Source: an uncultured bacterium
GTDB taxonomy: Bacteria > Zixibacteria > MSB-5A5 > GN15 > FEB-12
Direction of reading: 5' to 3'
Assembly: GCA_965372795.1 (NCBI GenBank)
Contig: CBDVDR010000014.1
Coordinates: 23,391-87,390, forward strand
DNA length: 64,000 nt
A model generated the notes under the pieces. That model saw only the letters and a program-made list of their open reading frames with translations, was not told the DNA's origin and ran no database searches. Below are positions 58,673 to 64,000 of this stretch, piece by piece (position 1 is the stretch's first letter; each line of letters opens with the position of its first letter). A program made the translations under genes and the position numbers.

Positions 58673-59800
58673 ATGGCTGATGTCACCGTCGTTGAAGTAA
58701 AATCATCCGCTCAATTGGGCAAATTTATTACTTACCCTAATAAACTTTATAAAGATGATCCGAATTATGTCTATCCCCTCCTTAGTGAGCGGAAAGAATT
58801 TTTTGATAAAAAAAACAATCCTTTCTTTCGCACAGCAAAAGTAAAACTCTTTTTAGCAATGCGTGACGGCCAGGTCGTCGGTAGGATTGCAACCTGCATA
58901 AATTTTAATCATAACGAATATCACAGCGAACAAGTCGGTTTTTTCGGATTTTTCGACTGTCCCGATGATTATGAAATCGCATCCAACCTGCTCAAAGTTT
59001 CCTTGATTACTTTGAAAAAAGAAGGTATGGAAAAAATGCGAGGACCGGCTAATTTTTCAACCAACCACGAATGCGGTTTTTTGGTTGAGGGCTTTGACTC
59101 TCCTCCGGTTGTAATGATGACTTACAATAAACCATATCTTCCTAAATTGGCAGAAAAATTCGGACTCAAAAAAGCAATGGACCTTCTGGCTTATGAAGTT
59201 CGAGGTGACAAAGATTACCCCGAGCGCATTAAGCGGGTTGTTGAACGATTGCAAAAAAAATCTAAAGTCACGATGCGACCGTTAAATATGTCTGATTTTG
59301 ATAATGAGATTGAAAAAATCCATGAGGTTTACAACAAAGCCTGGCAGTATAACTGGGGTTTTGTACCGATGGAAAAGGACGAATTTTTTCATAGCGCCAA
59401 AAACCTTAAGCAGATTGTCGAACCAAATCTGGTGACAATCGCCGAATTTGAAGGCGAACCGATAGGATTTTCATTAGCTCTGCCGGATATCAACCTTGCC
59501 CTGAAATATCTCAAAGGAAAACTGTTACCCTTTGGGATTATTAAACTTCTCTGGCATACCAAAATTAAAAGTAAAATTAATCGAGTCAGAATTATCACAT
59601 TTGGGGTCATACCGGAGTTTCAAAAACGCGGTATTGATATGCTTTTGTTTCATCGTACTTTTGTCGAAGGTGTCGGCCATGGCTATTACATTGGCGAATT
59701 GTCCTGGATATTGGAATCTAATGAACTGATGTGTCGTGGGGCTGAACAAATGGGCGGGAAATTATATAAACGCTATCGCATGGTTGAAATGCCTTTGTAG
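58673..59800 (+). CDS. GNAT N-acyltransferase, bacterial ceramide synthase (bCerS)/YghO-like
   Basis: LY.DDP..V.PL, NPFF, GRIA, GFFGFF, G.LVEGFD.PP, NWGFVP, ELSWILE.N. Confidence 0.75.
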   Translation: MADVTVVEVKSSAQLGKFITYPNKLYKDDPNYVYPLLSERKEFFDKKNNPFFRTAKVKLFLAMRDGQVVGRIATCINFNHNEYHSEQVGFFGFFDCPDDYEIASNLLKVSLITLKKEGMEKMRGPANFSTNHECGFLVEGFDSPPVVMMTYNKPYLPKLAEKFGLKKAMDLLAYEVRGDKDYPERIKRVVERLQKKSKVTMRPLNMSDFDNEIEKIHEVYNKAWQYNWGFVPMEKDEFFHSAKNLKQIVEPNLVTIAEFEGEPIGFSLALPDINLALKYLKGKLLPFGIIKLLWHTKIKSKINRVRIITFGVIPEFQKRGIDMLLFHRTFVEGVGHGYYIGELSWILESNELMCRGAEQMGGKLYKRYRMVEMPL

Positions 59801-59867
59801 TATTCACAACTGTTTCAATTCTAATTCCGAAATTGACATTCTGGTGTCTAATACGTATATATCTTAT

Positions 59868-60410
59868 ATGAAAAAAAGTATCATTAACACCTCAATCTTA
59901 TTGATTGTTACTCTAATAATTGCAAGCTGCGCCAGTAGGTATAAACTTGAATTACATCTTACTACTGAAGATTTCCAAAGCAACGTCAAAGTCAAATCGA
60001 CTGATTTTGTCTTAGACGCCATACTTAATAACCCAATGAATGATAACAAAATCCGTTCGGGTAACGGCAATGTTGCAATTTTAACCGTTGAAACGCGGGG
60101 ATTAAAATACAATCGTAAAATGGAAAATGTTTTGACCTTTGATGAATATTTCCGCAGTCGTTTATATCTTCAACTTCCGGAACCACTAACAACTGATACG
60201 ATTAAATTAAGAGGTAATTCTTTTGTTCATTTACTTGGGCGGTACGACTGGAAACCAAGTGATAAAATATTTATGCCTATCAATGGTATGCTTGTAATTG
60301 ATTCCATTAATAATAAAAACTTTTTCGGTTCGATAAACGGACGCTTTGAAAATTCTTCTAAATATCCATTTGAATTTTCAGGTAAATTCAAAGTGAAAAT
60401 TATCGATTAA
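59868..60410 (+). CDS. hypothetical lipoprotein
   Basis: MKKS signal with lipobox IASC; ATG 59868 avoids overlap with the upstream gene; TTGACA at 59833. Confidence 0.65.
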   Translation: MKKSIINTSILLIVTLIIASCASRYKLELHLTTEDFQSNVKVKSTDFVLDAILNNPMNDNKIRSGNGNVAILTVETRGLKYNRKMENVLTFDEYFRSRLYLQLPEPLTTDTIKLRGNSFVHLLGRYDWKPSDKIFMPINGMLVIDSINNKNFFGSINGRFENSSKYPFEFSGKFKVKIID

Positions 60411-60918
60411 GAATTTCCCTCTGGTATACTTCTTCAAAAATCTGAAACCCGAATTTATCAAAAAGACAAAACCAAACTTCTTCAAGTATTTTTGATTTAT
60501 CCTGATATCCAAAAGCAGTCTTTATCATCAAATTCGCACAGGCTTTCATAGGAAAACCACCGACCCCGGTTCCAAAAGCTGGAAATGCGATTGTTTTGAT
60601 ATTTAATTCTTCTGCTAAATTTAATGAACTAACGGTTCCCTGACGGATTAACTTATCTGAGGTCTTTAAATTCTGCCCCATCACGGCAGCATGAAAAACA
60701 AGTTTATGAGGAAGACTTCCGGCAATAGTATAAATTGACTCGCCCGGCATAACCGGACCTTTCTTTACGGCTTCCTGCTCTATAATCTCTCCGCCGGCGG
60801 CTTTGATAGCGCCCGCAACGCCACTTCCCATCCAAAATTTATTATTAGCAGCATTAACGATTACTTCTACCCTGGCTTTGGTAATATCACCCTGAATAAA
60901 TTTTATTTTAAAAGACAT
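60400..60918 (-). CDS. macro domain protein (ADP-ribose binding/hydrolase)
   Basis: GDIT, VNAAN, GSGVAGAI, FPAFGTGVGG. Confidence 0.92.
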   Translation of the reverse strand: MSFKIKFIQGDITKARVEVIVNAANNKFWMGSGVAGAIKAAGGEIIEQEAVKKGPVMPGESIYTIAGSLPHKLVFHAAVMGQNLKTSDKLIRQGTVSSLNLAEELNIKTIAFPAFGTGVGGFPMKACANLMIKTAFGYQDKSKILEEVWFCLFDKFGFQIFEEVYQREILNR

Positions 60919-60933
60919 AATTAAAACCTGATT

Positions 60934-61503
60934 CTATATAAACAGATTGACCTTATCTTTACTTATTAAAGTTTCAAACTTTACCGATAGAAAAGCAACA
61001 AGTAATCCAAGAATCATTCCAAGTATTGATCCAACAATTATATCACCCGGATAATGAACACCGACAAACACCCGGCTGAGAGAGACGATAAAAGCAAATC
61101 CGAACAAATACCATCGCAATCGTTTGAAATGCCATCCAAAAAACATTGCCTGTCCGAACACATTTGTCGCATGCGCCGATGGCATTGATTTCCCACCACC
61201 GCAATTGACTAACAGATTTATATTTTCAAGAACATGACAAGGACGCAATCTTTCAAAATATGGCTTTAACATCCCGGCTGAAATTTGATCGGTAAACAGC
61301 AAAACAATTGCAGAGAATAAAACCAGCCATCGAAGCTTGCTGTTTCCTTTCCACAACAACAAAATCATCGCTGTCCCGTAAAGAATTCTCAGAAAGGTAT
61401 CACTGGTAATAAACGGCATTATAAAATCAGTGACCGGACTGGACAGCGTAACATTTATAAATTCAAATATAACTCTATCTATTTGATTCAACGAAGCCAG
61501 CAT
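60934..61503 (-). CDS. PAP2 family phosphatase
   Basis: K...R.RP, SMPSAH, SRVFVGVHYP.D. Confidence 0.92.
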   Translation of the reverse strand: MLASLNQIDRVIFEFINVTLSSPVTDFIMPFITSDTFLRILYGTAMILLLWKGNSKLRWLVLFSAIVLLFTDQISAGMLKPYFERLRPCHVLENINLLVNCGGGKSMPSAHATNVFGQAMFFGWHFKRLRWYLFGFAFIVSLSRVFVGVHYPGDIIVGSILGMILGLLVAFLSVKFETLISKDKVNLFI

Positions 61504-62430
61504 TTAATTTTTCCCCATTGGATAACATTTTGGAATCTTATTCAAAAAACTGCCCAGCTGCCTTTTGGTAGGTAAGCCTGCTCTTGCCCCCGCTTTCATA
61601 CATTTAATTGCAGCCACAACAGATCCAAGCATCATCCGTTCCTGAATTGATTTGTTCTGTAATAATCCGTAAAGATACCCGCTATGATACGCATCTCCGG
61701 CTCCGGTGGCATCGACAGATTTAACTCTGTAAGCAGGCTGTGTGAAGAATTGATTATTTTCATACCCCAGTGAACCATTTATTCCTTCAGTAACAATTAT
61801 CGTTCCCCGGCAATAAGCCGTTAATTTTTTAATAGCCTGTTTAACCGAACGGGTTTTTGTAAACGACAAAGCATAGCTATCGGCAACTACTAAATGATCG
61901 ACATATTTAAAAACTGAAGAAACATCATTTCGAATCGATCCGATATCAAATGAAATAATTGCGCCAACCTTTTTACCCCATCGGGCAAGTTTTAAAGTCG
62001 CCTCCAAATCTCTTCCATCAAGATGGATAATTTTGGGGATCGGATATTTTGAAAGTTTCAAATCCTCCGGTTTAACAAAGATCTCTCTTGATAAAACCAT
62101 TGTTCGTTGACCGCTCTCTTTTTCGATCCACCCGGTTGCAATCGCTGATAGTTGTTTTTTAATTACTATAAACGAACAGTCAACATTTTCTTTCTCAAGC
62201 TGCTCAATACCTATTTTTCCAAAGGGATCATCACCTACTACTGAAATCAGTACCGTTTTAAACCCTAATCTTGCAAGACCGACAGTCACATTCGGAACCG
62301 GACCTCCTCCATGCATCGTTAACGATTCAGCATCAATTTTCATATTAGCTCGGGGATACTTCTTCACTGAATAAAGCAAATCAAACGGGACAATCCCCAT
62401 CCCGAGGCAATCGATGGTGTTCTTATTCAA
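61504..62430 (-). CDS. PfkB family carbohydrate kinase
   Basis: GGGP..NV..GLARLG, VGDD.FG, DATGAGD. Confidence 0.92.
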   Translation of the reverse strand: MNKNTIDCLGMGIVPFDLLYSVKKYPRANMKIDAESLTMHGGGPVPNVTVGLARLGFKTVLISVVGDDPFGKIGIEQLEKENVDCSFIVIKKQLSAIATGWIEKESGQRTMVLSREIFVKPEDLKLSKYPIPKIIHLDGRDLEATLKLARWGKKVGAIISFDIGSIRNDVSSVFKYVDHLVVADSYALSFTKTRSVKQAIKKLTAYCRGTIIVTEGINGSLGYENNQFFTQPAYRVKSVDATGAGDAYHSGYLYGLLQNKSIQERMMLGSVVAAIKCMKAGARAGLPTKRQLGSFLNKIPKCYPMGKN

Positions 62431-63022
62431 TCTTAACTTTCCCCCCGCTCAAATCAATCAGAGCGTCTTTTAACAGATCGGTTTTTGATTTGCGGACTTC
62501 AAGAATTAGTTTTACCCGATCAGAAAAATCAGATTCTATCACAGTCACTTTAAATTTTTCTATAAGTTTTAATACCTGATTATATAAACTGAATTCTATC
62601 TCGATTTTAAATCTGTCTTTCAGATATATTTTTTCTATTCCCGCTTTTTCCAGGGCTGATTTTGCCGACCCTCCGTATGCTTTAACCAGACCGCCTGTGC
62701 CAAGTTTTGTACCGCCAAAATATCTGGTTACTATAACTAAAACATTGGTCAAATCAGCACCGTTTATCACATCATAAATTGGTTTGCCGGCTGTACCCGA
62801 TGGTTCGCCATCATCTGAATATTTGAATGTTCTTTCCGATTGCCCTGTAATCCAGACATAGCAATTATGAGATGCCGTATATTCTTTTTTTCGAATCTCT
62901 GTCAATATTTTATTTATCTCGTCCATTGATTGAACGCAAAAAGTTCGTCCGATAAATCGAGATCCTTTAATTTTAATCTCTTCAGTTACTTGATTTGCAA
63001 AAGTGAAATAGAAATCATCCAT
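62423..63022 (-). CDS. yigZ: YigZ/IMPACT family protein
   Basis: IKGSRFI, ASHNCY, SDDGEPSGTAGKP, RYFGGTKLGTGGL. Confidence 0.93.
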   Translation of the reverse strand: MDDFYFTFANQVTEEIKIKGSRFIGRTFCVQSMDEINKILTEIRKKEYTASHNCYVWITGQSERTFKYSDDGEPSGTAGKPIYDVINGADLTNVLVIVTRYFGGTKLGTGGLVKAYGGSAKSALEKAGIEKIYLKDRFKIEIEFSLYNQVLKLIEKFKVTVIESDFSDRVKLILEVRKSKTDLLKDALIDLSGGKVKIE

Positions 63023-63028
63023 ACCGGA

Positions 63029-63934
63029 TCAAACCAGTGATTTAATTATATCATCAAACTTATCAAACCCAACCAGAGGAATAGCGCCATACCTTACTGC
63101 CTGTTCCAAACTCTCAGTATCTGTCTGGGCTCCGAATTCCGGGTTTATAATAATAAAGGAAAGTTTCCCAACCTCACTGCAGCATCTTAATAAATCCATA
63201 ATTCTGTGGGAATCTTTGTAAATTTCCGAAATTACAACGGCCTGTGACATTCCAACTAAAATCCGATTTGAACTTTCATAATATTGTTGATTATATTTGA
63301 TATCAGGCGGATACTCTGAAATTAATCCCCCTTTTTTAACAATATCAATCGCCAGTGAAACATTTTCTCGGGGATAGACTTCATCAAACCCGCTTTCCAA
63401 AACTCCAAAGGCATGACCAGCGGCAGTGCTGCATCCAAGTAAAGCAGCAGCATCGACTCCTTTATTTAACGATGAAACAACTTGTACATCGTTGCGAGCA
63501 CAAGTATCAGCAAACCTCACTGCAAGTTCGATTCCTTCATTCCCTGCATTATCACTACCGGCTATTACTACTGTTTTCTTGGTAGTATCAGGAAGCATAC
63601 CCCGGTAATATAGAAGGGTTGGCGGATCGTTAATTTCAAAGAACAAGGGCGGGTAAGTAACACCGAATCTTGATTCCAGCCGAATCTCACGTAGTTTTAA
63701 TTCCTCGATATAAATTTCCGCTATTTCAAGAAAATCACTGGCACATAATATTTTATCAGCCAATTCAGGAGTCATTCCGTCAATTGACATCAACGAACCA
63801 GTGTCTGATTCAAATATATTTTCAATGGTTCCAAAATATTCAATCAGGCTCTGAAATATTCTTGGTGAAATTTCTGAGTATTTGGTTAAGGCAATTACCT
63901 TCCCCAGGGTTGTATAGTCTTTATTAATAGTCAT
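63029..63934 (-). CDS. dprA: DprA/Smf-like DNA-protecting protein (divergent)
   Basis: YP..F.EI.DPP.LLYYRG, GVD..A, GGLISEYPP, NRIL.G.S.AVVI.E. Confidence 0.75.
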   Translation of the reverse strand: MTINKDYTTLGKVIALTKYSEISPRIFQSLIEYFGTIENIFESDTGSLMSIDGMTPELADKILCASDFLEIAEIYIEELKLREIRLESRFGVTYPPLFFEINDPPTLLYYRGMLPDTTKKTVVIAGSDNAGNEGIELAVRFADTCARNDVQVVSSLNKGVDAAALLGCSTAAGHAFGVLESGFDEVYPRENVSLAIDIVKKGGLISEYPPDIKYNQQYYESSNRILVGMSQAVVISEIYKDSHRIMDLLRCCSEVGKLSFIIINPEFGAQTDTESLEQAVRYGAIPLVGFDKFDDIIKSLV

Positions 63935-64000
63935 AATTTTAATTTTATAATATTTTACACTTTTGTCAACAGCAGAGAAAAGGTTAATAACAAAGCAATC

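Noticed and set aside
1196..63927. Many short overlapping ORFs in the six-frame track (e.g. 9030..9218, 9781..10101, 11479..11904, 22229..22591)
   Set aside because: They lie within or antisense to well-supported genes and have no recognisable motifs.

Overview
AT-rich bacterial chromosomal window. It is probably from a candidate-phylum Zixibacteria-like (FCB-related) organism; this is inferred from two secreted proteins carrying a Cys-framed dockerin-like C-terminal domain. I found no rRNA, tRNA, CRISPR array or transposase. Most of the window is ordinary content: two paralogous hybrid His kinases, an RND efflux pair, tdh-kbl, thyX, trkAH, peptidases, a DUF1015-serA-serC operon and a dprA/yigZ block. 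Highlights: (1) an unannotated ~480-nt, multi-helix, minus-strand transcription unit at ~41743-42223 with its own sigma70-type promoter and UUCG terminator, hiding a 44-codon membrane-peptide ORF whose SD and start codon are sequestered (large ncRNA or type I toxin-like mRNA). (2) A porin-cytochrome conduit: a beta-barrel, a ~14-heme periplasmic cytochrome, and a ~32-heme lipoprotein built from five 192-aa six-heme modules. The periplasmic cytochrome has an in-frame TAA inside a CxxCH motif. (3) An SPT + GNAT (ceramide synthase-like) pair near a serine operon that carries a perfect Rex-type operator. (4) A BlaI/M56 system with an unusual SDYE-repeat sensor and candidate operators. (5) A candidate attenuator in front of a cupredoxin-dockerin gene. 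All family assignments are from recognising motifs by eye, not from database searches.
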